From the NCBI GenBank assembly GCA_965648935.1, contig CBFGIY010000019.1:1-33674 (forward strand): a DNA stretch of 33,674 nucleotides. The letters run 5' to 3'. The notes beneath the pieces were generated by a model. The model saw nothing but the letters and a program-made list of their open reading frames with translations. It had not been told where the DNA came from and searched no databases. This DNA is from a candidate division WOR-3 bacterium (GTDB lineage Bacteria; Hydrothermota; Tepidihabitantia; Tepidihabitantales; Tepidihabitantaceae). This document shows, piece after piece, positions 17,317-26,489 of this stretch. The stretch's first letter is position 1; every line of letters begins with the position of its first letter. Made by a program: the position numbers and the translations under genes.

Positions 17317-19404
17317 TCAGGCCGTGCGCTTGACTTCTTCTATCCGATAGAACTCGAAGATGTCGTTGACCTGAATGTCGTCGAAATTGTCGATACCGAT
17401 GCCGCACTCGTAGCCGGCGGCGACTTCCTTCACGTCGTCCTTGAACCTCTTCAGAGACGAGATCTTGCCAGTGTGCAAGGTCTGGTCGCCGCGGACCACG
17501 CGGACCATGGCGTCGCGGCTGACGGTGCCGTCGAGAATGTATGATCCGGCGATGGTGCCTTGGCGCGGTATGCGGAAGACCTGGCGAACTTCGGCGCGGC
17601 CAAGGGTGACTTCCTTCTTTTCTGGCTCAAGCAGGCCGAGCATCGCGGCGCGGATGTCGTCTATCGCGGCGTAGATGATGCGGTACGTCCGGATCTCGAT
17701 GTTCTCTTTCTCGGCGAGCGTACGGGCGTCGCTCAGAGGGCGGACGTGGAATCCGACGATGATTGCCTCGGATGCCTGCGCGAGCAGCACGTCGCTCTGG
17801 TTGACCGGGCCGACGCCGGAGTGAATCACGCGTACCCGGACGTCATCAAGCGAGAGCCCTTCGAGCGAGTCCTTGAGCGCCTCGGCCGACCCAGAGACGT
17901 CGGCCTTGAGCACTATCTTCAGTTCTCGTACCTGGCCGTCCACGATTGCCTGTTGCATTGCCTCGAGGGTGACAGCCTTGGGTTTGGTAGCCGAGAGGAT
18001 GCGGTCGCGTTTGGCCAGGAAACGGCGCTGCGCGATATCGCGCGCGGTTCGTTCGTCGGCGGTCGCGTCGAATCGGTCGCCAGCCTGGGGCAGGCCCGAG
18101 AATCCAAGAACCTGGACCGGCATGGACGGTGTTGCCTCTTTGACCGGCTGGAAGTTGTCGTCGAGAAGGTCGCGGACCCGGCCGTAAAATTCGGCCGCCA
18201 CAAACGGGTCGCCGCGATGCAATGTGCCTTCCTCGATAAGCACAGTCGCTATGTTGCCCCGGCCCCGGTCGACCCGAGCTTCGATCACGACGCCGGTGGC
18301 GAGGCCGTCGTAGGGCGCCTTGAGGTCGAGTTCCAGGGCGACGACCAGTATCGCATCGAGCAATGCTTCGACGCCAGCGCCGGTGTGGGCAGACGTTTCC
18401 ACGCACAGCGTGGTGCCGCCGTACCCCTCGACCGCGAGACCGTGCTGGGCGAGCTGGGCTTTCACACGGTCCGGGTTAGCGTTGGCGAGGTCGGACTTGG
18501 TCAGGGCCACAATCACAGGAACGCCGGCCGCCCGGGCGTGGTCGAGGGCTTCGACCGTCTGGGGCATGATCCCTTCGTCGGCAGCAACGACGAGAACGGC
18601 TATGTCGGTCACCTGGGCACCGCGGGCACGCATTGCGGTGAAGGACTCGTGTCCCGGTGTGTCGAGGAATACGATCGGCTTGTTGTTGTACTGCGCCACA
18701 TAGGCGCCGGTGTGCTGGGTTATGCGACCGAACTCCGACTCCGCGACTTTGGTCTTGCGGATGTAGTCTAGCAGTGAGGTCTTGCCGTGGTCGACGTGGC
18801 CCATCACCACTACAACCGGCGGTCGAGGCCTGACGCCGCCGCGCGTGACGGCGTCCTCGGTTTCGATTGCCTGCTCGACAGACACGCCACACTCGTCTGC
18901 GATGAGCATGATGGTGTCCAGATCGAGCCGCTGGTTGACTGTAGCAAGCATGCCGATATCGAGGCAGCGCTTTATGATGTCCGAGGCGCCGGTCCCGAAG
19001 GCGTGTGCCAACTCGGCGACGGTCATATAAGGCTGCACCTTGATAGAGGCTGAACCCTGGTTCTCAACCGGGATGTGGCATTCGCGCTGGCGCTTGCGCT
19101 GCTTCACCTGACGGCCTTGGACCCGGGCAAGCGTCTGGCGCACGTTGCGCTGAACTTGCTGGCGGATGGCTTCGGTCTGCGGCCGAGCGGGCTGGGGCGC
19201 ACCGCGGCGCTTGCGTATCGACTGCTTGAACTCGCGTTTCTCGGAGCGAAGTCTGTTCTTGGCCGCCTCAAATTCAGCTTCAGTTATGAACGACGTGTAA
19301 CCGCGGGGCGGGAAGTTCAGTTCCTTGAGAACGGCGATCAAGGCCTCGCTTGAGAGGCCGAGCTGTCCGGCCGCTTCGAAGACTTTCAGCTTGCCCGCTG
19401 GCAC
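17317..19404 (-). CDS. infB: translation initiation factor IF-2
   Basis: RPPVVVVMGHVDHGKTSLLD, ITQH, DTPGHESFTAMRARGAQVTD and SLKRFKDDVKEV..GYECG. GTG start overlaps the nusA TAG. Confidence 0.98.
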   Translation of the reverse strand: MPAGKLKVFEAAGQLGLSSEALIAVLKELNFPPRGYTSFITEAEFEAAKNRLRSEKREFKQSIRKRRGAPQPARPQTEAIRQQVQRNVRQTLARVQGRQVKQRKRQRECHIPVENQGSASIKVQPYMTVAELAHAFGTGASDIIKRCLDIGMLATVNQRLDLDTIMLIADECGVSVEQAIETEDAVTRGGVRPRPPVVVVMGHVDHGKTSLLDYIRKTKVAESEFGRITQHTGAYVAQYNNKPIVFLDTPGHESFTAMRARGAQVTDIAVLVVAADEGIMPQTVEALDHARAAGVPVIVALTKSDLANANPDRVKAQLAQHGLAVEGYGGTTLCVETSAHTGAGVEALLDAILVVALELDLKAPYDGLATGVVIEARVDRGRGNIATVLIEEGTLHRGDPFVAAEFYGRVRDLLDDNFQPVKEATPSMPVQVLGFSGLPQAGDRFDATADERTARDIAQRRFLAKRDRILSATKPKAVTLEAMQQAIVDGQVRELKIVLKADVSGSAEALKDSLEGLSLDDVRVRVIHSGVGPVNQSDVLLAQASEAIIVGFHVRPLSDARTLAEKENIEIRTYRIIYAAIDDIRAAMLGLLEPEKKEVTLGRAEVRQVFRIPRQGTIAGSYILDGTVSRDAMVRVVRGDQTLHTGKISSLKRFKDDVKEVAAGYECGIGIDNFDDIQVNDIFEFYRIEEVKRTA

Positions 19405-20786
19405 TACAGCCCCTCCGCTGTCTTTGCATCAGTTCTCGCGGCACCTTCCGTCTCGTCGGCAGCGGCCGCCTCAGGTGTGGCTGATTCGGGTGGCGGTACG
19501 GCGATCGTCATACCGGTCTTGGATGGGTCAATGAAGCGCGGGCTCCCCTGAAGCCAGACAGCGTCACGGACCTGCTGTTTGAGTGGTTCGACCGCATCCG
19601 GGCTGATGCTGAGCAGACGGGTCAGCTCCTCTGTCTGAGCACTGAGCAGGTCAAATGCGGTGTTGATGTTGCCTTCCCGGAGTGTGGCGAGCCGGTCGGC
19701 CTCAAATCCTATCTTCTCCAGCGGTACTGAGCCGGCACGGTTCATTATCTGGCGGTTCCGGTGGTCGGCTTCCTTCAGGACCTCGATCTTCACCCCTGCG
19801 AGCAGGCTTGCCAGCCAGACGTTCTGGCCCTTCTTGCCGATCGCGATCGAGAACTCGGTGTCGGGCACGACGACGATGTAGGTTTCGCCTTCGCGAATCA
19901 CCTCAGAGACCTTGGCCGGCCCGAGCGAGCGCGCGATGAACACCTGCGGGTCCTTGCTCCACTGGACGATGTCGATTTTCTCGCCGGACAGCTCCTTGAT
20001 GATGTTGTCGATGCGCGACTTGCGGAAACCGACGCAAGCACCGACCGGGTCGACCTTCTCGTCGTGCGACGTAACCGCGACCTTCGATCTGAAGCCGGGT
20101 GAGCGGGCAATCCCCTTGATCTCTACCACACCCTCGCGGATCTCTGGAACCTCGCGGGCGAGGAGTTTGCGCAGGAACTCCGGGTGCGTGCGAGATAGGA
20201 ACACGCGCGGGCCGATCGGGGTCTTGTCGACCCGGTGGACATAGGCTTTCAGGGGCAGCCCTTGACGGTAATGGTCAGCCTTGAGCTGCTCGCGGTTGGC
20301 GAGGACTGCTTCTATGAGCCCGAGGTTGATGATGATCTCATCGCGCCCGATCTTCTGTATCGTCCCCGTCACGATCTCACCCTTCTTCTTGGAGAACTCG
20401 TCGTACAGCTTCGTCCGCTCGGCCTCTCGCAGCTTCAGCACCAGTTCGTCTGACGCTTTGCGGATGGCGATTCGTCCGAGTTCGTCGAGCGGGACCTCGA
20501 CTCGCACCATGTCGCCGGCTTGGGAGGAAGTGGAGATCGCCCGAGCATCCGTGACCGAGATCTCCTGCCCGGAGTTGGCGACGCGGTCGACGACCTTCTT
20601 GGCAAGGAAGACACGTATGTCACCCGTTTCCGGGTCAATCTGCGCGTCGGCTTCGGTCGTGGAACCGTAGCGCCGCTTGAGCCCGGCCACTATGCTGGCA
20701 CGCAGAGTCTCGCAGACGTAGGTCACGTCGACGTTACGGATTCGGGCGATCTGAACGATCAGGTTGGCGATGTCCTTATTCATCAT
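19404..20786 (-). CDS. nusA: transcription termination/antitermination factor NusA
   Basis: S1 and KH domains; SRTHPEFL, ARSPGFRSKVAV, DPVGACVG, EKIDIVQW and AIGKKGQNV. Start reassigned to ATG 20786 (or 20783) after AAGAGGA. Confidence 0.96.
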   Translation of the reverse strand: MMNKDIANLIVQIARIRNVDVTYVCETLRASIVAGLKRRYGSTTEADAQIDPETGDIRVFLAKKVVDRVANSGQEISVTDARAISTSSQAGDMVRVEVPLDELGRIAIRKASDELVLKLREAERTKLYDEFSKKKGEIVTGTIQKIGRDEIIINLGLIEAVLANREQLKADHYRQGLPLKAYVHRVDKTPIGPRVFLSRTHPEFLRKLLAREVPEIREGVVEIKGIARSPGFRSKVAVTSHDEKVDPVGACVGFRKSRIDNIIKELSGEKIDIVQWSKDPQVFIARSLGPAKVSEVIREGETYIVVVPDTEFSIAIGKKGQNVWLASLLAGVKIEVLKEADHRNRQIMNRAGSVPLEKIGFEADRLATLREGNINTAFDLLSAQTEELTRLLSISPDAVEPLKQQVRDAVWLQGSPRFIDPSKTGMTIAVPPPESATPEAAAADETEGAARTDAKTAEGL

Positions 20787-21279
20787 TCCTCTTGCTAGAT
20801 TGTCTGCGGTCACGGTTGTCCGAGAAAAGCTCTTCATCGGACACCCGTACCTGAGCCCGGGTTACCTGCCGATACTCGAGAAAGCGGGTCTCGGCAGCGC
20901 CTTTGGCCGGGTCCAATTCGACGGCGATTCCGTCTGCGTCGGCCGCCACCAGTCGACCTTCCAGAGGACCGATAGAGCTCACGACCTTGACCATCTGGCC
21001 GAGAGCCCTAATGAAGTCTTCTGGCCGACGGAGCTTCCTTTCGATGCCCGGCGAAGTCACTTCAAGGAAGTACCTGCCCGACATCAGGTCGCGGTAATCC
21101 AACTCCGCGGATAGAGCGTGGGAGAACCGGGCGCACGCGTCGAGTGAGGTGCCACGGGGTGATTCGATCGCGATGCGCAGTACGCGGCCGGATATCTCAA
21201 TGTCGTACAGAGCAACACCCTGTTCGGTTGCCACTCGCTCTACGGCTGCGACCAGCCACCCTGGAATATGGCCACTCAC
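20776..21279 (-). CDS. rimP: ribosome maturation factor RimP
   Basis: LDACARFS..LS..LD and YFLEVTSPGIERKL. First gene of the rimP-nusA-infB operon. Confidence 0.93.
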   Translation of the reverse strand: MSGHIPGWLVAAVERVATEQGVALYDIEISGRVLRIAIESPRGTSLDACARFSHALSAELDYRDLMSGRYFLEVTSPGIERKLRRPEDFIRALGQMVKVVSSIGPLEGRLVAADADGIAVELDPAKGAAETRFLEYRQVTRAQVRVSDEELFSDNRDRRQSSKRNDE

Positions 21280-21286
21280 ATTGGCG

Positions 21287-21314
21287 ATTATAACTCATTG
21301 ACAAGCCTAGTCAA
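21287..21314 (-). promoter_or_regulatory. sigma70-like promoter of rimP-nusA-infB (leaderless geometry)
   Basis: TTGACT (21314-21309), 16-nt spacer, TATAAT (21292-21287), then 7 nt to the GTG. Confidence 0.8.
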
Positions 21315-21724
21315 GGAGCGTCCTGCCAGGGGCGCAGTTTCCGCACGGAGGGGGCAGCCTATGTCGCGGCTTGGTTAAGTCTCTGAAGAATAAAGTGTTG
21401 CACGGCGCTGGCTGATTTGGGCGAGCGTTGTCGCACTTTGCTCGAGTCGATACTGCGATGTGTAAGATGAGTCATTTCAGATTCTTGTGGCGCTGGTATC
21501 AGTCTGCCTGGTTCTGGCACGCTAGATGCACAATAGAGTTTCGGTGTTGCGTGGAAGCGGGTTGAATCAACTGGAACAAGTCGAGTGAGGGTGTTCGGTG
21601 TGTCTTCTGGGCGGCCGAACACCTGTTTCTGCGAAGGATTGTTCTTTGACAAGTCGGAGTGTGGTCCGCGGGGTGGGCTCTGCCTTGAGGAGCGCGTGGG
21701 CGAATGGGATGGAGCGGTTCTGCG

Positions 21725-21973
21725 CTACATCCGGGCATCATGCCTGATTTCCTCCATCCTCTCAGCCTCCAGCCGTTCTCTGCAGCCTCAGAAGTCTTTG
21801 CCTCGGAACATCCCATTCGTCATCAATTGACCGGGTTGGAAGATGCGGATATCCCTCCCGTCGAGCGGTGAAGCTATATCGCGTTACGGCGCCGGAGTCT
21901 TTCCGGCGCCGACGCAGGGACGATGAGAAGCATCCAGTCTAACTAGTCTGCTCTGTGGGGGTCGGCACGGCAT
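21725..21973 (-). pseudogene. possible decayed fragment of a Clp/Hsp100-type AAA+ ATPase
   Basis: After AAGGAGG (21985-21979) one frame reads MPCRPPQSRLVRLDASHRPCVGAGKTPAP*RDIASPLDGRDIRIFQPGQLMTNGMFRGKDF*GCRERLEAERMEEIRHDARM*. This resembles the Clp NBD1 pattern GVGKT...L.G..I.....L.AG..FRG.FEERL...MEEI. Two internal stops. Confidence 0.35.
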
Positions 21974-22163
21974 CCCAGCCTCCTTGCTTGGCGCTGCCCG
22001 CACCAAGTTTGCCTATCTAGCCAACGACCCCCCTGTCATTCTCTCCGTGGACCAGACGATTCGGAGCTGGCTTACACCTGACGAGTCGGACTTCTCTACA
22101 AGAGCCTGCCGCCTCACTAGAAACTTGGCACTCTTAACGTCTCACAGGGTAAGCCGGCCCCAC
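21955..22163 (-). ncRNA. putative structured RNA or leader of unknown class, about 210 nt
   Basis: Nested complementary segments that use G-U pairs on the minus strand, plus a GUAA tetraloop. No credible ORF across most of it. Details in findings. Confidence 0.45.
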
Positions 22164-22211
22164 CATTGAAAGGCAGACAGCGCCGGGTTACGCGATGTCT
22201 GTCAACCCCGG

Positions 22212-22242
22212 AGACCGGCCGCGCCTCGAGCGCGGCCGGTCT
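22212..22242. repeat. perfect 13-bp inverted repeat
   Basis: AGACCGGCCGCGC-CTCGA-GCGCGGCCGGTCT immediately upstream of the tRNA promoter -35 box. No long U tract. Confidence 0.85.
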
Positions 22243-22245
22243 GAT

Positions 22246-22273
22246 TTGACACGCATCGCAGCGGGAATATCCT
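22246..22273 (+). promoter_or_regulatory. promoter of tRNA-Ala(UGC)
   Basis: TTGACA (22246-22251), 16-nt spacer, TATCCT (22268-22273). Confidence 0.7.
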
Positions 22274-22292
22274 ACTGTCGTTCAGCAGCGTC

Positions 22293-22365
22293 GGGGGTGT
22301 AGCTCAGCTGGGAGAGCACCTGCTTTGCAAGCAGGGGGTCGCCAGTTCGACTCTGGTCACCTCCA
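22293..22365 (+). tRNA. tRNA-Ala(UGC)
   Basis: Acceptor GGGGGTG/CACCTCC with G3:U70. D arm GCTCAGCTGGGAGAGC. Anticodon arm CCTGC-TTTGCAA-GCAGG. T loop TTCGACT. CCA not encoded. Confidence 0.97.
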
Positions 22366-22489
22366 TTGCCGCCGCTACATAGTCCAAAGAGCAGCGCCAC
22401 AACGCAACAGCAACGGCAGACTCGCTGCCATGCATCCTCAGGGCAGGCGAGACCGGCCCAGCTGCAACGGTCTTGATGAGTCTTTTCGC

Positions 22490-24613
22490 CTAGCTCAGTA
22501 CGAAGCGGGCGTCAAGCACGAGCGCACCCTTGCCTTCCTCGTACACGAGGAGAGGGTTGATATCAATCTCGTCGAATTCAGCGAAGTCAGTGACGAGCTG
22601 GGATAGCCGCTGCAGACATTCCTTGACACGTGCCGTGTCGCGGGCCGGTTGGCCGCGGAAGGGCCCAAGCAGGCGAGCGGCCTTGATTCCGTGCACCATC
22701 GAGTCGGCCGAGATGTCGTTCAGTGGAGCGAGGCGGAACACGACGTCCTTGAGTACCTCGACCAGGATGCCGCCCAGCCCGAACATGAGTAGCGGGCCGA
22801 ACTGCGCGTCGCGTTTCATACCCAGGATGGTTTCGGTACCCTTGGGTGCCATCGATTGAACCAGCACACCCCAGATTTCGGCGTCAGGCTTCATGGAGCT
22901 GATCCCGGCGAGGAGGTCGCCGTACTCGCGCCGCAGAGCGGCCTCATCTGTGATGCCGACGCGTACTCCGCCGAAGTCGGTTTTGTGAAGTATCTGCGGC
23001 GAAACTATCTTTAGCACGACCGGGTAGCCGATGGCTCGGGCAGCGTCTAGCGCCTCGTCGAGGCTGCGCGCCAGCCTGAATTCGGGCACGGGCAGGCCGT
23101 AGGCGCGCAGAATCTTATGCCCTTCCGGCTCGGACAGGAACACGGGTTTGCGCGCGCGCGCCGCGTCGACAATCCGGCGTACGTCCTCGGGTCGCGTGTC
23201 GGTGAAACGCTGCGGCTCGCCGACCGGGCGATGGCTCCAGTTGGCGAACTGGGCCATTGCCGCCATCGCTCGGGCTGCGTTTTCCGGGAACTGGTAGTGG
23301 GGGATACGGTCCTTGAGCAGGGCACGGCGGATCGCGGCGTTGTCGCCCATCGTCTGAATGCAGGCGAGCACCGGCTTTTCACAGGCCGAGCCGACTTCGG
23401 CGATGAGGGCGGCTATGTCCACGGACTCGGCCATCAACGTCGGAGTCCATATGGGAATAACGCCATCGACGTTGGGATCAGCGACGATGGCTTCAAGCGC
23501 GATGCGGTAACGCTTCTCGTCGGCATCGCCGATGACGTCGACCGGATTGCCGACCGCGGCAGTCGCGGGCAGATGCGGTTTCATCCGTTCGATGGTCTCG
23601 GGCGCCAGTCGGGCCATTTCGAGCCCGTTAGTGATGCAGGCGTCGGTTGCCATGATGCCGACACCACCGGCATTGGTCAGGACCGCAACGCGGCGTCCAG
23701 CCGGAGTCGGCTGCCAAGCCAGAGCTGCGGCTTTGGCGAATAGCTCGTTGATGGTCTCGACGCGCAGGATGCGCGATTGGGCGAAGAACGCATTGTACGC
23801 CTCGTCCGAACCGGCCAGAGCACCGGTGTGCGACGACGCGGCCTTGGCGCCCTCTGAGGTGCGGCCGGCCTTGATGGCCAGTATCGGCTTGGGATGGTTG
23901 GGGTCGGAGGTGATCTCACGGGCGATATGCATGAACTCGCGCGGGTCGACAAGGTCCTCGAGGTAGAGGCAGATGACCGAGGTCTCGTCGTCATCCTTCA
24001 GGTAGGCCATCAGGTCGTTCTCGTTGATGTCGGCCTTGTTGCCAATTGAAACGAACTTGGACAGGCCGACGTCTTCCGAGGTGGCGTAGTCCAAAGCGTT
24101 GACCCCGACCGCGCCTGACTGGGATACGAACGCGATGTTGCCGGGGCGGGGCATAACCCGGCCGAACGTGGTGTTGAGACTGACTTTCGGGTCCGAGTTG
24201 ATCATCCCAAAGCAGTTTGGTCCGATCATAGCGATGCCGTACTGGCGCGCCCGGTCACGGACGCTGCGCTCCAGCTTCGCCCCGGTCGGGCCGAGTTCCT
24301 TGAACCCGGCGCTGATTACGATTGCGGCCTTGACGCCCTTCTGTCCGCACTCGGCGATGGTTGCGGGCACGGTCAGCGCTGGCACTATTAGGATGGCAAG
24401 GTCGATCTCGTCGGGGATGTGCAGTATTGAAGGATAGGATTTGACGCCGAGCACGCTCTTGGTCTTCATGTTCACCGGGTAGACCACGCCGGTATAGCCG
24501 TTCATCAGGATGTTGGCGAAAAGCGCGCGGCCGACGCTGCCCTCGCGGGTCGATGCCCCGACCACAGCGATGGACTGAGGGCGAAACAGGAAGTGCAGGT
24601 TACTTCGGCTCAT
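22490..24613 (-). CDS. acetate/acyl-CoA ligase (ADP-forming), fused alpha-beta
   Basis: PQSIAVVGAS, IGPNCFG, SQSGA, GNKAD, phospho-His motif AASSHTGALAG, TNAGGVG and NPVDVIGDA. ATP-grasp IGYPVVLKIVSPQILHKTDFGGV...DINPL. No C-terminal GNAT domain. Confidence 0.93.
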   Translation of the reverse strand: MSRSNLHFLFRPQSIAVVGASTREGSVGRALFANILMNGYTGVVYPVNMKTKSVLGVKSYPSILHIPDEIDLAILIVPALTVPATIAECGQKGVKAAIVISAGFKELGPTGAKLERSVRDRARQYGIAMIGPNCFGMINSDPKVSLNTTFGRVMPRPGNIAFVSQSGAVGVNALDYATSEDVGLSKFVSIGNKADINENDLMAYLKDDDETSVICLYLEDLVDPREFMHIAREITSDPNHPKPILAIKAGRTSEGAKAASSHTGALAGSDEAYNAFFAQSRILRVETINELFAKAAALAWQPTPAGRRVAVLTNAGGVGIMATDACITNGLEMARLAPETIERMKPHLPATAAVGNPVDVIGDADEKRYRIALEAIVADPNVDGVIPIWTPTLMAESVDIAALIAEVGSACEKPVLACIQTMGDNAAIRRALLKDRIPHYQFPENAARAMAAMAQFANWSHRPVGEPQRFTDTRPEDVRRIVDAARARKPVFLSEPEGHKILRAYGLPVPEFRLARSLDEALDAARAIGYPVVLKIVSPQILHKTDFGGVRVGITDEAALRREYGDLLAGISSMKPDAEIWGVLVQSMAPKGTETILGMKRDAQFGPLLMFGLGGILVEVLKDVVFRLAPLNDISADSMVHGIKAARLLGPFRGQPARDTARVKECLQRLSQLVTDFAEFDEIDINPLLVYEEGKGALVLDARFVLS

Positions 24614-26465
24614 CCTTGAACCTCATAGTGAGTGTGTAGACCCCGTCTTCCCACTTGGTCTCGATCGGGTAACCGGTGCGGGTCATCAGCCGGTAGGCGC
24701 GGGTGTTGGTATCGAGCACGTAGCCGATGAAACCTTTGACACCCTTCGCCTTGGCAATGCGAATGAGATGCTCGAACATCGCGACGCCGACGCCGCGATT
24801 CTGCCAGTCGTCTTTGACAGCGATGGCGTATTCGGCGAGCCCGGTAGCCTTGTCGACGTAGTAGCGGGCCGAGCCGATGAGCGTTTCGGTGCCGGCCTTC
24901 TTCACCGTCGCGACGATGCCCATTTCCGATTCGTAGTCGACGTTGACAAACTTCGTGACCTTCTCGTGGGGCATCGCCTTCAGATACGAGAAGAACCGGT
25001 AGAAGACGGTCTCGCGCGAGAAGGAGTAGAAGAGCTCCTGCATCGCTTCCTCGTCAGTCGGTCTGATCGGCCGGATGAACAGCGGCGTACCGTCGCGCAG
25101 CCGGGTTTCGGTCTCGAACTCCTCGGGGTAACGGGCGTGCACAAGCGAAACGTCGGGTTGGTCGGCATAGACGTAGTGGCGTTCCTTCGCCAGTCGTAGC
25201 AGCTCGGAGCGGAACTTGGGGTGGGCGATTGATATCAGCGCGAGGGCGCGCTCGCGTACGGTCTTACCGTGCAGGTAGGCGATTCCCCACTCGGTTACAA
25301 CATAGTGGACATCGCCGCGCGAAGTGACCACGCCGGCACCCTCGGTCAGCACCGGAACGATGCGCGAGAAGCTGTCGCTGTCGCGGGTCGAGCGCAGGAC
25401 TATGACCGGCTTGCCGTCGCGCGAGCGGGCCGCGCCGCGAATGAAGTCGACCTGGCCGCCGATGCCGGAGAAGAACTTGTAGCCGATTGAATCGGCGCAG
25501 ACCTGGCCGGTCAAGTCGACTTCGAGCGCCGAGTTGATGCTTACCATCTTGTCGTTCTGTGCGATGATGTAAGGGTCGTTCGTGTAGTCAACCGGGTGGA
25601 ACTCGAACATCGGGTTGTTGTTGATGTAGTCATAGAGCCGCTGGCTGCCCATCGCGAAGGAGACGACTATCTTGCCCGGGTGCAGAGTCTTGCGGCGGCA
25701 GTTGACCACTCCCGCCTCGATGAGGTCGATGAGCGAGTCAGAGAATACCTCGGTATGAACGCCGAGGTCTTTCTTTCCTTTCAGGTACGACAGCAGCGCG
25801 TTGGGGATGCCGCCGTAGCCGACCTGGATGGTTGAGCCGTCCTCCACCAGGTCGGCCACATTCTTCGCGATGCGCCGGGCGATCTCGCTCTCGCCGGGTG
25901 TGATGAACTCGTAGACCGGGGCGTCGTTCTCGACCAGCACGTCGAGCTCGTTCACGTGGATGAAGCTGTTGCCCAGGGTGCGTGGCATCCGCGGGTTCAC
26001 CTCGGCTATCACCAGGCGGGCCGCCTCAGCCGCGGGCTTGGTTATATCGACCGACACGCCGAAGCTGCAGAAGCCGTGCTCGTCGGGCGGTGAGACCTGG
26101 ACGATGGCCACATCGAGCGCCATCCGGCCGGCACGAAACAGCGCGGGTATCTCGGAAAGAAAGATGGGGGTGTAGTCGGCCCGGCCTTCCCATACGGCCT
26201 GGCGGACATTGGCGCTGATGAAGAAGGAGTTGGCGCGGTAGCGCGATGCCATCCTTTCCTGTGCGTACTCGGCGACACCGAGCGTCAGCAGGTGAACTAT
26301 CTCGATGTCCTCGACCGGCTTGTCGGCGAGTGCGGTCACCAGCCTCTGGGGCGTGCCCGAGGCCGATCCGATGAAAACGCGCTGGCCCGGCCGCAACACC
26401 TCGAGTGCCTCGGCTGCGGTCTTGAGCTTGTCCTTGTACCTTTCGCGCCAGTCAGTATTGGGCAT
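24600..26465 (-). CDS. acetyl-CoA hydrolase/CoA-transferase fused to a C-terminal GNAT acetyltransferase
   Basis: QVSPPDEHGFCSFGVSVD, QVGYGGIP, GVHTEVF, EVDLTGQV, SGIGGQVDF and YVVTEWG. Then a Pat-like GNAT domain: IRPIRPTD...RFF...AEYAIAVKDDWQNRGVG. Confidence 0.9.
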   Translation of the reverse strand: MPNTDWRERYKDKLKTAAEALEVLRPGQRVFIGSASGTPQRLVTALADKPVEDIEIVHLLTLGVAEYAQERMASRYRANSFFISANVRQAVWEGRADYTPIFLSEIPALFRAGRMALDVAIVQVSPPDEHGFCSFGVSVDITKPAAEAARLVIAEVNPRMPRTLGNSFIHVNELDVLVENDAPVYEFITPGESEIARRIAKNVADLVEDGSTIQVGYGGIPNALLSYLKGKKDLGVHTEVFSDSLIDLIEAGVVNCRRKTLHPGKIVVSFAMGSQRLYDYINNNPMFEFHPVDYTNDPYIIAQNDKMVSINSALEVDLTGQVCADSIGYKFFSGIGGQVDFIRGAARSRDGKPVIVLRSTRDSDSFSRIVPVLTEGAGVVTSRGDVHYVVTEWGIAYLHGKTVRERALALISIAHPKFRSELLRLAKERHYVYADQPDVSLVHARYPEEFETETRLRDGTPLFIRPIRPTDEEAMQELFYSFSRETVFYRFFSYLKAMPHEKVTKFVNVDYESEMGIVATVKKAGTETLIGSARYYVDKATGLAEYAIAVKDDWQNRGVGVAMFEHLIRIAKAKGVKGFIGYVLDTNTRAYRLMTRTGYPIETKWEDGVYTLTMRFKDEPK

Positions 26466-26489
26466 CGAATCCTCCAGTAATTTCCGTCT

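Noticed and set aside
21372..21405. AT-rich imperfect palindrome as a dif/Xer site (similar tract near 3686-3714)
   Set aside because: Poor match to the dif consensus and weak symmetry, with no recombinase nearby.
21725..21811. Selenoprotein reading of the in-frame TGA (F-U-G-C)
   Set aside because: No recognisable selenoprotein family or convincing SECIS hairpin. The same frame also has a TAA, so decay is the simpler explanation.
21359..21830. Short ORFs of 81-105 aa in the rimP/tRNA gap
   Set aside because: No RBS, atypical composition and no motifs. They overlap each other on both strands.
21955..22165. tmRNA, SRP RNA or RNase P assignment for the structured element
   Set aside because: No T-arm or CCA end, no complete SRP domain IV motif (only a partial GUCAGGU...AAGCCAGC), and no GAGGAAAGUCC core.
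12767..22365. Genomic island bounded by the two tRNA-Ala genes
   Set aside because: Both are complete, different isoacceptors. The interval holds core genes (infB, nusA, rimP, uppP) and no integrase.
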